A stretch of 64,000 bases of DNA from an uncultured delta proteobacterium (GCA_963787125.1 CAWBBV010000001.1:695763-759762); one strand, 5' to 3'; shown: positions 50,918 to 61,817, counted from the stretch's first letter. Notes: a model not told the origin generated them from the sequence alone. Program-made: numbers and translations.

Positions 50918-52588
50918 GTTTCCATCCGGAAAGATAACCGGATGAAATTGTTAAGATATTTTGCATAAAGTGGTTCAGTTTTATCTCGTTTTATGCTATC
51001 CTGCAAACCATAACAAGCTGTAAACATTACACATTATGGTTTCAGGGGTACTCCGGATGCGACAAAAACTGACACGACAGATGAGCCTTTTCTCTGTCAC
51101 CATGCGTCACGATATTGGTAAAGAGTTGGCAGCAATTTCTTCAATTCTCGACGCCACTCCCCAGATGCTTGATCTGGTGTTCTCCGACCTGACAAGAGAG
51201 TCTCGTCAGGATACCGGCCGGGAGGGACTGACCGCAGAACAGGTGCTGCGCTGCGTTGTCCTGAAACAGTTTCGCAGCCTCTCTTATGAAGAGCTCGCGT
51301 TTCATCTTGAAGATTCCAAATCCTTTCGTGCCTTTGCCCGACTGGAGATGGGACAGTATCCGTCGTCATCGACTCTTCAGGAAAACATCAAGCCGCTTTC
51401 CGAAGAGACCTGGGAGGCAGTTCATATCTGCCTCATGCAGTATGCCATGGAAGCCGGCATAGAAACCGGTCGTAAAGTCAGGATTGACTCGACCGTTGTC
51501 GAAAGTAACATTCATGATCCCTCTGATTCCACCTTGCTCTGGGATGGGATCAGGGTCATCACCCGTTGGCTTGAGGAGGGTCATGCCCTTACTCCCCGTC
51601 CTGACTACAGCTATTGCGACCATTGCCGTGTTGTCAAGAAACGGCTTATGGTGATTCTCAACGCCAAGAAACAAGAGGATAGAGTCTCGGCCTATCGTGA
51701 CATGACGCACTACGCGGGCAAGGTTGTCGGCTATGCCAATAAAGCGATTCCGGCTCTGCAGGCGTACCAGGCAAACGGTCTTGGTGACATGCTTGCAGCC
51801 ATGAATCTTGCCGCACAGCTGAAACGGGCAGTGGGTCTACTGGAAAAGGTTATCAGTCAGACCGAACGACGGGTATTCCATAACGAGAAGGTGCCGGCAT
51901 CAGATAAAGTGACATCCTTCTTTGAGGACCACACCGACATCATCGTCAAGAAGAGGCGTGAGACCCACTTCGGCCACAAGATATTTCTGACCGGCGGCAA
52001 GTCCAACCTGATCCTTGACTGCCTGATTGCCAAAGGCAACCCGGCTGACTCGGATCAATACATCCCTATGCTGGAGCGGTACAAAGGGGTCTTCCGCAGG
52101 GTGCCGCGCCAGGTAAGTGCTGATGGTGGCTTTGCATCGAAGGATAACCTGACGGAAGCAAAAGGCCTTGGCGTAAAAGACGCTGTTTTTGCCAAGAAGC
52201 GCGGGTTATCGGTAATCGACATGGCCAAGAGTTCCTGGGTGTACAAGAAGTTGCGGAACTTCCGTGCCGGTATCGAAGCCAACATCTCCACACTCAAGAG
52301 AGCTTTCGGGCTTGACCGCTGCACCTGGAAAGGTTGGGAAGGATTCAGACGTTATGTCTGGAGTTCGATCTTTGCCTATAACCTTCAGGTCATAGCCCGG
52401 ATCAAGCTGGAAGCGGCTTAAAAAGGCAAAAGCAGCAGCGAAAAGCATCTCGACGGGTGTAGTGCGTCATTAAATTGAGAAAGAGCAGATAAAACTGGTT
52501 ACGTGGTAGTCAAAATCTTCCGAAGCAGAGACTGCCAACAGCGACCGGAGGTCCAGTACGTCTTAAACTGGGGTTTCCGGATGGACAC
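50918..52588 (+). mobile_element. Insertion sequence, probably ISNCY family (ISDol1-like group), ~1.67 kb
   Basis: Terminal IRs GTTTCCATCCGGAAA / TTTCCGGATGGACAC (1 mismatch); flanking 6-bp direct repeat TACTTA at 50912-50917 and 52589-52594; single transposase ORF. Confidence 0.88.
51057..52421 (+). CDS. DDE transposase
   Basis: RIDSTVV (D), SADGGF (D), FRAGIEANISTLKR (E). Confidence 0.93.
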   Translation: MRQKLTRQMSLFSVTMRHDIGKELAAISSILDATPQMLDLVFSDLTRESRQDTGREGLTAEQVLRCVVLKQFRSLSYEELAFHLEDSKSFRAFARLEMGQYPSSSTLQENIKPLSEETWEAVHICLMQYAMEAGIETGRKVRIDSTVVESNIHDPSDSTLLWDGIRVITRWLEEGHALTPRPDYSYCDHCRVVKKRLMVILNAKKQEDRVSAYRDMTHYAGKVVGYANKAIPALQAYQANGLGDMLAAMNLAAQLKRAVGLLEKVISQTERRVFHNEKVPASDKVTSFFEDHTDIIVKKRRETHFGHKIFLTGGKSNLILDCLIAKGNPADSDQYIPMLERYKGVFRRVPRQVSADGGFASKDNLTEAKGLGVKDAVFAKKRGLSVIDMAKSSWVYKKLRNFRAGIEANISTLKRAFGLDRCTWKGWEGFRRYVWSSIFAYNLQVIARIKLEAA

Positions 52589-52612
52589 TACTTAAGAAAT
52601 CCCGGCTGATGG

Positions 52613-52885
52613 CTAATCAGGTTGTGTTGCCTGCTCCAGCTGCCACAGAAATGTCATGGCCTCATTTTGACTTTTCCCGCACATTGACACGGTCGGGCGC
52701 AGGCTGGCGCAGACTGCCGGCCGCTCGTTCTGTCCGAAGATACGACAGCTGTTCTCATCCGTCAGCTGACTGCAGCGGCTGCCGGCCGGCTTGCCCAGTG
52801 GCATGCCCGGGATCGGCGACGAGATCGAAGGGGCGATGCAGCAGGCGCCGCAGCCGGGGCGACAACTGCAGGATTCTTCTATCAT
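52613..52885 (-). CDS. YkgJ family cysteine-cluster protein
   Basis: CRPGCGACCIAPSISSPIPGMP.GKPAG.RC...C......RP.VC. Confidence 0.88.
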   Translation of the reverse strand: MIEESCSCRPGCGACCIAPSISSPIPGMPLGKPAGSRCSQLTDENSCRIFGQNERPAVCASLRPTVSMCGKSQNEAMTFLWQLEQATQPD

Positions 52886-52892
52886 GATTTCC

Positions 52893-53306
52893 TCACAATC
52901 GGTCTGCCTTTTGCAGCAGCAGCGCCAGCTCCTCCGGTATCCTGGGGCGACCACGCTCATTCAGCGCCGTACCGATAACTTTCCCCCGCAACACCAGCTT
53001 GCCATCCGCCGCGCGGAAAATGTCCTGATAAAAGGCAAATCGAACCCCCGATTCCCTTTCCAGCCGCACCCCGATCCAGAACCGGTCACCACTGGTCAGC
53101 GGTTGCTTGTAGTCAAGCTCGGCCCGCACTACCACCAGATTGATCCCCTGATCAGCGTAGGTCTTGAAATTAACCCCGATACTCTGCAGATATTCGTGAC
53201 GGGCATGCTCCAGATACTGCTGATACACGGAATTATTCACAATCCCCTGCAGGTCCAGCTCATAATCCCGCACGCTCATCTCGATTTTGTATGAATAATC
53301 AGCCAT
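52893..53306 (-). CDS. Acyl-CoA thioesterase (YbgC/FadM hot-dog fold)
   Basis: VRDYELDLQGIVNNSVY..YLEHAR. Confidence 0.9.
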   Translation of the reverse strand: MADYSYKIEMSVRDYELDLQGIVNNSVYQQYLEHARHEYLQSIGVNFKTYADQGINLVVVRAELDYKQPLTSGDRFWIGVRLERESGVRFAFYQDIFRAADGKLVLRGKVIGTALNERGRPRIPEELALLLQKADRL

Positions 53307-53372
53307 CTGTATCACCTGAAATTTGTTGTATCGTCCTTTTACATAGGCGCAAACCCTGAATAACGGAGCTGA

Positions 53373-53711
53373 TCACGCCTTTTTGACGAACTGCGATTTC
53401 AGCTGCATGGCACCGATGCCGTCGATCTTGCAGTCGATATCGTGGTCACCCGCAATGATGCGGATATTCCTGACCTTGGTGCCGACTTTGACTGCCGCTG
53501 ATGACCCTTTGATTTTCAGGTCTTTGATAACGGTTACCGAGTCGCCATCGTTAAGGATAGTGCCAAAAGCATCCCGGACAACAGTAGCGGCTTCTGCAGC
53601 CTCGGTTACAGCCTTTGGCCATTCATGGGCGCATTCCGGGCAAACGTACATCTCTCCGTCTTCGTAGGTATATTCCGAATTGCACGAGGGGCATTTGGGC
53701 AGGGTAGTCAT
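53373..53711 (-). CDS. PhnA/YjdM zinc-ribbon protein
   Basis: LPKCPSC.SEYTY...[27 protein letters not shown]. Confidence 0.93.
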   Translation of the reverse strand: MTTLPKCPSCNSEYTYEDGEMYVCPECAHEWPKAVTEAAEAATVVRDAFGTILNDGDSVTVIKDLKIKGSSAAVKVGTKVRNIRIIAGDHDIDCKIDGIGAMQLKSQFVKKA

Positions 53712-53884
53712 TTGATCTCCATGTATGATTATTTTGCTATTTTTACCACGAATCCTGCTTATGTTCCATGATCGTTTTACATTGCCGAGATGTCCGTTAA
53801 TGCCTGAAGCTCAATAAAATCAAAGTAACTGTCCTTATGAGGTCGCAGACACGTAGTAATCTGCTTTGGGGCCGGCAACCCACT

Positions 53885-54682
53885 TCAGGACGCCGGACTC
53901 TTGCCGGTCTCCCGGCGCAGATAGTGGAGGATTTCGGTCAGGCTTGCTTTGATGATCTCTTCATCTTTGGGAAATTCATGGGGCGAGAGTTCAAGCGTTA
54001 CCGTGTCACTATAGTCGGTGTTGCTGAGGTGATTGAGGAATCGCGTCAGTGGGAGCATGCCGTGACCAGGGATAAGATGCTCTCTATCGTGACCGTAGTC
54101 GGAGAAGTGAATATTTCGGATTCGCTTACTGTTGTAGCAGAGATAAAAGTCGTTGATAAAGTTCGCTTTGCCTGACCCCATGTGGGTGCAATCAAAGGTC
54201 ATGAAGAGATTGCGCTCTTCGATGAAGTCGATGAATTTGCGGGTATCGGCGAGGATGTGCGGGTTTATTTTGAATTTACCGACCCATGGCATATTCTCCA
54301 GTGTCACGAGGACTTTTTCCGTGCCGACCTCTTTCTGGAAATCGCGGATTTTATAAAGCCAGCGCCAGAAGTCAACCTCGAATCCCATCCAGGAGGGTGG
54401 ATGAAAGTTGACCAGAGGAATCCCGCAGTTTTCGGCAAGTTCCACGCTAAGCTTGAGGGAGTCAATCTGTGTCCCCCAGCCGTCAAGGGGCATGAACGGG
54501 GCATGGATCGAAAGGATCGGCACCATCTCCTGCAGCTCTTCCACCAGTTTCAGGGTATTAACCCGCTGAAACTCCTGATTGATAATCAATTCGATGCCGT
54601 CAAATTCCAGTTCACTGGCGATTGCAAAGACTTTTCTTAAGGGGAAGGTGTGAAGTGTCCCGCTGGAGAGGGTGATTTTCAT
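53885..54682 (-). CDS. Sugar phosphate isomerase/epimerase (AP endonuclease 2 TIM barrel)
   Basis: DGIEL, SIHAPF, LENMP, FDCTH, IHFSD, H..PG.G, TLE. Confidence 0.85.
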   Translation of the reverse strand: MKITLSSGTLHTFPLRKVFAIASELEFDGIELIINQEFQRVNTLKLVEELQEMVPILSIHAPFMPLDGWGTQIDSLKLSVELAENCGIPLVNFHPPSWMGFEVDFWRWLYKIRDFQKEVGTEKVLVTLENMPWVGKFKINPHILADTRKFIDFIEERNLFMTFDCTHMGSGKANFINDFYLCYNSKRIRNIHFSDYGHDREHLIPGHGMLPLTRFLNHLSNTDYSDTVTLELSPHEFPKDEEIIKASLTEILHYLRRETGKSPAS

Positions 54683-55938
54683 GCTTTCTCAACCTCGACC
54701 AACTGCTGGTACACAAGTCGCTGCAGGGTCGTGATATCCTCAAGACCAGCTTTGAAGCGCTCTTTTGACTCTTCACTCAAGCTGTCAGGGTTGAAAAAAA
54801 ACTGGGTTGTTTCCTGCTGAGTCTCAAGTTCAAGCCTTATCATTTCACGCATCAAGTCTTCATGGGCAATCAGGAGCCTGTCTGCCAGTGCGACCCCGAT
54901 TCTGCCGGCAGCAAGTATCGCCTGCATCCTTCCCGCAAATGTTGCTTCAACCGCTCCGCAGGCGGTTGCAAGTATTCTGGTTGCTGCGGTGAGGGGGGTG
55001 AGGGCGAATTCTTCCAGCTCAAATTTACCCCTGTTTATGCCGCTGTGCAGTGTCTTGATCCTGCCGAAGATGCCAAGAGCAACAGGCATGACGGCAATCT
55101 CCTTGGCATAATGCCAGAAATACTCGCTCCGGAGTGAATCAGCCAGCTGTTTTCTCCCAAACGCATTAACGCTCTGACCGAAATCACGGTCGCCGCAGAC
55201 CGGTCTCAGATCGCTGATAGTTTCGACAATCCATGGGAAAGCAATTTCACTGCTTTTAAGGCGACTGCCGGTTTTTTCACCCGAAAATGCAGCGACAACA
55301 GTTGCTTTCCAGTCGGATTCAGAGCTGAACCAGAAAATCGCCGGGCTGTTCATGTTTCTGCTCAGGTTGGGCAGGCAAATTACAAGAATAGCCATGAATC
55401 TCAGCGCCAGTTCTTTGAAATAGTCGCTTGAAACATCTGCGGTCTCCCGGTAGATAAAGAAGATGCCGCTTTTTTTGCCGAAAACTGACTCTTCTCTCCC
55501 CAGTTCTCCCGAAACCTGCACTGTCCAGGGTGTGGCGGGATTTTTCCTCCCTTCAGATGCAAGCAGCATGACGGCATGATTGAAAGCCGTCTCAACAAGT
55601 TTTTCACAAAAAGAGCGGGAGAGGGTGCAGACCGTACTGACCGATGAACGTGCAGTAAAAAACCCTGTTATCAGTTGTGCATATTTTGCTGCGACCGGTT
55701 TAATTTCATCGGCGGTGTTAATTTCCGGCAGCACTTTAGTTAATTTGTTGATTTCTTCAGTAATCACTCTGCCCAGGGCCAGTTCAGCGTCAAGTTCGGT
55801 TTTAATTCCGTAGAGAAGCTGGAGCGCTTCGCTTGCACCTGTTTCTGATATTCGCATTGACAAGCTTTTACGAAGCTCATCAACAAGCTCTTTCGTGCTT
55901 TTGGCCGGCAGAATGGTGCCCCAACGACTGGCTGTCAC
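54679..55938 (-). CDS. DUF294-type putative nucleotidyltransferase (degenerate) with substrate-binding domain
   Basis: SGELGREE (G-x-x-GR-x-E), DLRPVCGD, LG.FG, C-terminal helical domain with FNPD.L; lies in the symporter operon. Confidence 0.7.
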   Translation of the reverse strand: MTASRWGTILPAKSTKELVDELRKSLSMRISETGASEALQLLYGIKTELDAELALGRVITEEINKLTKVLPEINTADEIKPVAAKYAQLITGFFTARSSVSTVCTLSRSFCEKLVETAFNHAVMLLASEGRKNPATPWTVQVSGELGREESVFGKKSGIFFIYRETADVSSDYFKELALRFMAILVICLPNLSRNMNSPAIFWFSSESDWKATVVAAFSGEKTGSRLKSSEIAFPWIVETISDLRPVCGDRDFGQSVNAFGRKQLADSLRSEYFWHYAKEIAVMPVALGIFGRIKTLHSGINRGKFELEEFALTPLTAATRILATACGAVEATFAGRMQAILAAGRIGVALADRLLIAHEDLMREMIRLELETQQETTQFFFNPDSLSEESKERFKAGLEDITTLQRLVYQQLVEVEKA

Positions 55939-57464
55939 TGGATCTCTCCATGAACTTCTTCTGCCAGAAATCTTCTGATCTCAGGTGAAGGTGGCTCGGT
56001 AAAGCGGGCGACGATTATCATTACCATAATAACGATAGGCGCCCCGCAAAGAGCTGAAGCGGTAAGAGGGAAAAGGGTGTTTACCAGGGGGAGTGTTGTG
56101 CCGAGAAGCGGCTGGGCAAAGGTGATGAAAATGCCGGTCAGCATTCCGGAGGTGACGCCGTATTTGTTCGCGCCGCTCCACCAGATTCCCAAAAGGAAGG
56201 CCGGGAAGATCGTGTTGCCTGCCAGGGCAAAGGCAACAGCCGCAATCTCGGCAATCAGGCCGGGTGGGTTGAGGGCGGCGAGCATGACCAGAAAAGCAAA
56301 AAACAGGGTTGCCCCTTTGGCAATCGCCATCCGCCGCGATTCACTTGCCTGTGGGTTGATGATCCGGTAGTAAATGTCGTAGGATATGGAAGCCGCTCCG
56401 GTCATCAAAAGGCTGGCAACTGTAAAAAAGGTGGCACTTACAGCTCCTGCGGCCAGGAGACCGACCACCCAGAGGGGCAGTCCACCGATGAGGGCCGTGC
56501 GCAGGACGATGATATCAGCCATCTTGTGAGAAATTTCAGGGGCCAGGAAAATTCCGCTTCTGGCCTCTATCAATCGTCCGAAGACTGCATATGCCGGGGC
56601 AGACCAGTAGATCAGGGCTATAAAAAAGAGACCCCAGACGACACTCCAGCGGGCATCACTGATATTGGAAACCGTGTAGAAGCGGGAAAGCACATGGGGG
56701 AGTCCGGCAGTGCCGAGCATCAGGGTAAAGCAGAGTGCTGTCCAGTGAAAGAGTCCGAATTGGCTGAAAGGGGAAGCGATGTTGATGCCGAATTCCCTGG
56801 AAAGGTCGATAATCCCCTGGCCGTAGCCGAATTGCGGCAGCAGCCAGAAGTAGCCAAGTTTGTAGGCAAGCAGCATCAACGGCAGAATAAAAGTAACTAT
56901 CAGGACGAAATACTGCAGTTTCTGGCTTCTGGCAACTCCCATAACTCCTGAAATGACAATGTACGCCATCAGGACGACTGCCCCGGTTATCACCCCTTTG
57001 CTGTACTCCATTCCGAGGAGCCAGGCGAAAAGCATGCCGATCCCTTTGAATTGGGCCACGCTGTAGATCAGGGTAATGATGATGGAGATAATGGCGGAGA
57101 CAAATCTTGCCGCAGAAGATTCATAGCGCTCACCGATGAAGTCCGGAGCGGTGTACTTTCCAAAACGGCGGAGCTGACCGGCCAGGAGGACGAGTAAAAG
57201 GACATAGCCGCCTGTCCAGCCGATAACATAGGCAAGAGCGGCGTAGCCGTAAAGGTAGATAATGCCGGCAATGCCGAGAAAACTGGCGGCGCTCATCCAG
57301 TTGCTGGCAATGGCGGCGCCGCCGCCGATTCTGCCGGTGTAGCGGCCTGACAGACCGTATTCCGAGCCTTCACGGGTTTTGTAGAGCAGCCCGGCGATAA
57401 CGAAGAGGAGCAGTACCGCAAAGACTATCAAGAGCGGGATGACCTTTTGGCCCGAGTCAGTCAT
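55935..57464 (-). CDS. Sodium:solute symporter (ActP/acetate-permease-like)
   Basis: ASNWMSAASFLG, LRRFGKYT.PDF, GTAGLPHVL.RFYTV; about 13 TM segments. Confidence 0.92.
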   Translation of the reverse strand: MTDSGQKVIPLLIVFAVLLLFVIAGLLYKTREGSEYGLSGRYTGRIGGGAAIASNWMSAASFLGIAGIIYLYGYAALAYVIGWTGGYVLLLVLLAGQLRRFGKYTAPDFIGERYESSAARFVSAIISIIITLIYSVAQFKGIGMLFAWLLGMEYSKGVITGAVVLMAYIVISGVMGVARSQKLQYFVLIVTFILPLMLLAYKLGYFWLLPQFGYGQGIIDLSREFGINIASPFSQFGLFHWTALCFTLMLGTAGLPHVLSRFYTVSNISDARWSVVWGLFFIALIYWSAPAYAVFGRLIEARSGIFLAPEISHKMADIIVLRTALIGGLPLWVVGLLAAGAVSATFFTVASLLMTGAASISYDIYYRIINPQASESRRMAIAKGATLFFAFLVMLAALNPPGLIAEIAAVAFALAGNTIFPAFLLGIWWSGANKYGVTSGMLTGIFITFAQPLLGTTLPLVNTLFPLTASALCGAPIVIMVMIIVARFTEPPSPEIRRFLAEEVHGEIQ

Positions 57465-57780
57465 GATAATCACCCCGTTCCCTGTTTTTGCCTCTTGCCA
57501 GTCGATCGATAACAAGGTTGAAGAGTACACAGAGAATGATAAAGCATAATGGGAGCATCTGCGCGGTAAACCAGTAATGGAACGGCAGGTTGAAAAAGGT
57601 GAAATTCTCAAGAGAACTTTTTCCTGAAGCACCGCTGGAGAGCAACAGGAAAAGCTGGAAACCGAAGGTGACACCCCCCCAGAGTCCAAGAACAGTCAGG
57701 ATCGCCAGAACTTCACCCTTCATGCTGGCAGATTGGGGCCGGAACGGGTTGACCTGATACTTGTCGGCGGAGCTGTTCAT
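57457..57780 (-). CDS. DUF4212 small membrane subunit of the symporter
   Basis: Two TM segments, P.HYWF.AQ motif, directly upstream of the SSS gene. Confidence 0.85.
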   Translation of the reverse strand: MNSSADKYQVNPFRPQSASMKGEVLAILTVLGLWGGVTFGFQLFLLLSSGASGKSSLENFTFFNLPFHYWFTAQMLPLCFIILCVLFNLVIDRLARGKNRERGDYHD

Positions 57781-57804
57781 CTTGGTTCTCCTTTAGTATG
57801 GGGG

Positions 57805-58425
57805 TCAGATTTTGCGGTAATGCACAAAATGGATCTTCTTTCCTTCAGCCATGAATTTTAACATGTATTTTGAATGGTGATAGCCTTCGAGCTCAAATCT
57901 GAAGAGATCAGGGGCAAGCATGTTCCGGTAGCCGGACTGCAGAGCCATGAAGGCTGCGACCTCTTCTCCGTAATCCTCAAAGTCGGTGGCAAAGAAAAAG
58001 TCTCCCTCCGGCTGCAGGTAGCCCCGCATGAACTCCATGAACTCGCTGTTGACGAGGCGTCTTTTGCGATGACGTTTTTTTGGCCAGGGATCGGGGCAGT
58101 TGATGTGGAGCGCAGACAGGGAGTTTTTCTCGATATGCTTTGTGACAAATTCCCTGGCCTCGACCCGCAGGACGCGGACGTTGGTGACGTCATGCCGCTC
58201 AAGACGGCGGCAGGTGCTGTCGCACCCTTTGTTGTAGTAGTCGATGGCGATAAAGTTACAGTCTTCTTTATCTGTGGCCGTCTTTACAATGAAATCGCCG
58301 ATGCCGCAGCCAATTTCCAGGGCCAGTGGGTGGTCATTGCCAAAAATGCTCTGCCAGTTTGGTTGTATGTCGAGATTCTCTTCCGTGAGGAAAAAAGGTG
58401 AAGTTATTTCAATCATTCTCTGCAT
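57805..58425 (-). CDS. trmB: tRNA (guanine-N7)-methyltransferase
   Basis: [24 protein letters not shown]. Confidence 0.93.
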   Translation of the reverse strand: MQRMIEITSPFFLTEENLDIQPNWQSIFGNDHPLALEIGCGIGDFIVKTATDKEDCNFIAIDYYNKGCDSTCRRLERHDVTNVRVLRVEAREFVTKHIEKNSLSALHINCPDPWPKKRHRKRRLVNSEFMEFMRGYLQPEGDFFFATDFEDYGEEVAAFMALQSGYRNMLAPDLFRFELEGYHHSKYMLKFMAEGKKIHFVHYRKI

Positions 58426-58718
58426 AGTTGTAACCCTTTTTAATGATTTTATTGCCGATAAATTAACACAAGAGGGGGCGACTGTTGAAGCAAAATGAAA
58501 AATTTGTGGTGGCTTATCTTTTTGGGGATGAAAAGGCACCGGAAATTTAGAAACCAGTTGCATGAAAACAGATTAAAGTATTAATATCTGCGGCGGTATA
58601 ATGTTTTATTCTCGGCGGGTCAAATTCCTCACCACTCGTGGCTGTTCAAGAATCAACAAAGTCTATAGATTCCCCGCTACTTACAGCGAGGTGATTCATC
58701 CAGAGGGAGTCACTTTCC

Positions 58719-60725
58719 ATGCTTGCTAAATATCTGGTCCTCCGGTCGATCAGAACTAAGTTTCTGTCTCTTACCATATTACTGATCATCATTCTCTTCG
58801 GCGGACTTGGCATTTTTTTGGCAAATCGCAATGCCACTGAAATCAACAACGCGCTTATTTCAAAAGTAAATGCCGTAGCCGGTCTTGCAAGCCAAACCGG
58901 CGCTGTGTCTATGGGAAACTTTGACTACATCGCCCTTGACTATCTTGTCAAAAATATACTTAAGGATCCTGAAGTCAGTTTTGCTGGTTTCTACAACGAA
59001 AAAAACGAACTTGTTACCAATAAGGCAGCGCCGTCGTCTTTCGCTTCACTGCATATCGTCGAACTTCCCTTGAAGGTTACCAGTGAGTCTCCGGTAATTG
59101 GCTCCCTTAAAATAGGATATAAAACTGATTCTGTTGCCAGAAACCTCAAAAAATCCGTACTGACCGTGCTCGGTTCCACTGTATTGGTAATCCTCCTCTT
59201 TGCAGTCGGCATCAGTATCGCTGCCAACCGGATCATCTTGACACCTATCCGCAGCCTCAGTGAAATCATCGGCCAAATTGCCCAGGGAGACCTGTCGCCA
59301 CGACTTGAAGAGGTCTCAGATGATGAGCTTGGCGAGTTTGCCGGAGCACTCAACAGTATGGTCTGCAACCTCAATAAGGTCGTCTGCCAGGTAACCCGGG
59401 CAGCCGATGAACTTAATGCTATTACCGGAGACCTGCTGGGCGCAGCCGGCAAGGTAGTTGATTCGGCCAACCTTCAGGTAGAGGGGGTTAACTGCACATC
59501 TTCTGCTGTTATGCAGATCAGCGCCTCCATAAAAGAGGTAAGTGACAGTGTCATCGGCCTTTCTACCGTGGCCACAGAGAGCTCTTCTTCCATTCTTGAG
59601 ATGACGGCCAGCATTGATGAGGTTGCCTCTAACACCGAAACGCTCACCCAGTCAGTTTCAGATGTGAGTTCATCCATCACCCAGATGGCTGCATCCATAA
59701 AACAGGTCAACCTGAGCGTCAGGAGTTTGATGGAGTCGGCCAACAGCAGCGCCTCTTCAGTGATGGAGATGGATTTCTCCATCAGGCAGGTAGAGGAGAA
59801 TGCTGCTGATGCTTCCCTGATATCGGCAGAGGTGAGAAAAGATGCAGAAATAGGCCGGGAAGCGCTGAGTGAGTCTATTGCCGGCATTCAGGAAATCAAA
59901 CGCTCGTCAGAAATAACTTTTGAAGCGATAAACTCTCTTTCTGCCAAGACCGAGGATATCGGTGTGATACTTTCAGTCATTGATGACGTTGCCGAGCAGA
60001 CTAATCTACTCGCTCTCAATGCCGCCATCATTGCTGCTCAGGCTGGTGAGCACGGTAGAGGTTTTGCCGTGGTGGCAGATGAGATCAAGCAGTTGGCAGA
60101 GAGAACCCGCAGTTCCACCAAAAAGATAACTGAAGTGATAAAAGGGGTGCAGGACGAAACTTCCCGGGCGGTTGCCGCTATCCGGAGTGCCGGCAAAAGT
60201 ATCAGTAACGGCGAACTGCTGGCGGATAAATCCGGCGTTGCTCTCGGGAAAATCTTTGAAGGGGTGCAAAAGGCAACAACACAGATACAGGAGATTGCCC
60301 GTGCCACTCTTGAGCAGACGAAGGGTAGTCAGCAGATACGCGAAGCTGTCGAACAGGTTTCAGCGATGGTAGGGCAGATAGACAAGGCCACCAGGGAGCA
60401 GGCGCAAGGGAGCGATCAGATCATTGCCGCAGCAGAGAAGATGAAGGATTTGACTGCGCAGGTAAGGAACGCTGCCCACGAGCAGAGCAAGGTCGGAAGA
60501 TTCATCGCCATTTCGACAGAATCGATCACCGGAATGATCCACCAGATAAGACGCGCCTGTACTGAACAGTCACTGGGGAGTGAAATGATTACGGTTTCGG
60601 TTGAAAACATAACGTCATCATCTGCCAGCAATCTGGAGGCGTCAAAAGTCATGGACGAGTCGGTAGCCAGGCTTTTCGGGCAGATAGATGTCTTGCGGGA
60701 AGAGATGAAGGTATTCAAGATTTGA
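58719..60725 (+). CDS. Methyl-accepting chemotaxis protein with elongated cytoplasmic domain
   Basis: Two TMs, HAMP (DELG), [31 protein letters not shown]. Confidence 0.95.
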   Translation: MLAKYLVLRSIRTKFLSLTILLIIILFGGLGIFLANRNATEINNALISKVNAVAGLASQTGAVSMGNFDYIALDYLVKNILKDPEVSFAGFYNEKNELVTNKAAPSSFASLHIVELPLKVTSESPVIGSLKIGYKTDSVARNLKKSVLTVLGSTVLVILLFAVGISIAANRIILTPIRSLSEIIGQIAQGDLSPRLEEVSDDELGEFAGALNSMVCNLNKVVCQVTRAADELNAITGDLLGAAGKVVDSANLQVEGVNCTSSAVMQISASIKEVSDSVIGLSTVATESSSSILEMTASIDEVASNTETLTQSVSDVSSSITQMAASIKQVNLSVRSLMESANSSASSVMEMDFSIRQVEENAADASLISAEVRKDAEIGREALSESIAGIQEIKRSSEITFEAINSLSAKTEDIGVILSVIDDVAEQTNLLALNAAIIAAQAGEHGRGFAVVADEIKQLAERTRSSTKKITEVIKGVQDETSRAVAAIRSAGKSISNGELLADKSGVALGKIFEGVQKATTQIQEIARATLEQTKGSQQIREAVEQVSAMVGQIDKATREQAQGSDQIIAAAEKMKDLTAQVRNAAHEQSKVGRFIAISTESITGMIHQIRRACTEQSLGSEMITVSVENITSSSASNLEASKVMDESVARLFGQIDVLREEMKVFKI

Positions 60726-60830
60726 GCGCTGCTGCTGAATCAATCAACTGGTGATGCGGGCGTCCAGCGCTGGGGCCGTGACCGGTTTTAGCTTGACAAG
60801 AGCAGCAGATAAAATTACCCTTTGATTCTC

Positions 60831-60936
60831 TAAAGGGGAGTAGCTATCAGCCACATGAAAAGGCTGATCCCGCGTCCGTCAACACAGTCGAAAAGACTCG
60901 GATCGGGAACGATATATATCGCAAGCAAGACCTTTA
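60831..60936 (+). ncRNA. yybP-ykoY (Mn2+) riboswitch
   Basis: TAAAGGGGAGTAGC ... CGTCAACAC ... GCAAGACCTTTA, upstream of a TerC gene. Confidence 0.88.
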
Positions 60937-60970
60937 TCCAGGCATAATGTCGCGGGTAAAGGTCTTTTTT
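60928..60970 (+). terminator. Riboswitch-controlled intrinsic terminator
   Basis: AGACCTTTATCC...GGGTAAAGGTCT-TTTTT overlapping the 3' strand of P1. Confidence 0.8.
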
Positions 60971-61001
60971 ATTGCCCAGACAATTACGGGAGGCTTCTAT
61001 A

Positions 61002-61751
61002 ATGAATTGGTTGACAGATCCACAGGTCTGGATGGCGCTGGTAACGCTCAGCGCCCTGGAAATTGTACTCGGCATCGACAATATTATCTTTATTTCCATT
61101 CAGGCCGGTAAACTCCCGCGTCATCAACAGGAGAAGGCCCGCTTGCTGGGTCTCGGGCTGGCGATGTTCATCCGCATTGCCCTGCTGTTTTCCCTGACCT
61201 GGCTGATGGGGCTTACTACCCCGCTGTTTACCATCACCGGGACCGAGATTTCCGGCCGAGATCTGATCCTGATCTCCGGCGGACTCTTTCTTATCTGGAA
61301 GAGCACCATGGAGATCCACGAGAAGCTTGAAGGCGAGGAGACCATCTCTTCCGCTCGCGTCAGTGCAACCTTTGGCGCGGTTATCGTGCAGATTCTTCTC
61401 CTGGACATTGTCTTTTCTCTTGATTCGATCATTACCGCCCTGGGAATGGCCAGTCAACTGGCCGTAATGGTGGCGGCAGTCGTTATCGCCGTAGCCTTTA
61501 TGATGCTCTTTTCCGGGAAAATAAGCGCCTTCGTCGAAAAACACCCGACCATCAAGATGCTGGCGCTCAGCTTTCTGCTCCTGATCGGGGTGGCTCTGAT
61601 CGGTGATGGTTTGGACATGCACATCCCTAAAGGCTACATATACTTTGCCATGGCGTTCTCGGTAGTTGTAGAGATGCTCAATCTGAGGCTCCGGCGCGGT
61701 ACTCCGGTCAAGCTTCATGAACCGCATCTGGAACATAACCGTGAAGAGTGA
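61002..61751 (+). CDS. TerC family membrane protein
   Basis: LEIVLGIDN, GGLFL..K...E, DIVFSLDS, KGYIYFAMAFS. Confidence 0.93.
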   Translation: MNWLTDPQVWMALVTLSALEIVLGIDNIIFISIQAGKLPRHQQEKARLLGLGLAMFIRIALLFSLTWLMGLTTPLFTITGTEISGRDLILISGGLFLIWKSTMEIHEKLEGEETISSARVSATFGAVIVQILLLDIVFSLDSIITALGMASQLAVMVAAVVIAVAFMMLFSGKISAFVEKHPTIKMLALSFLLLIGVALIGDGLDMHIPKGYIYFAMAFSVVVEMLNLRLRRGTPVKLHEPHLEHNREE

Positions 61752-61817
61752 TTCCTGCTCTGCTGGTGATCTGAACCGTTGCTATTCCTCGTTAATGAAG
61801 TTAAGATGGTAAAAGCC

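Noticed and set aside
57465..57689. 75-aa N-terminal extension of the symporter ORF
   Set aside because: Overlaps the DUF4212 gene in another frame; the true start is most likely ATG 57464.
60984..61736. 250-aa ORF antisense to terC
   Set aside because: Mirror frame of a hydrophobic membrane-protein gene; no independent support.
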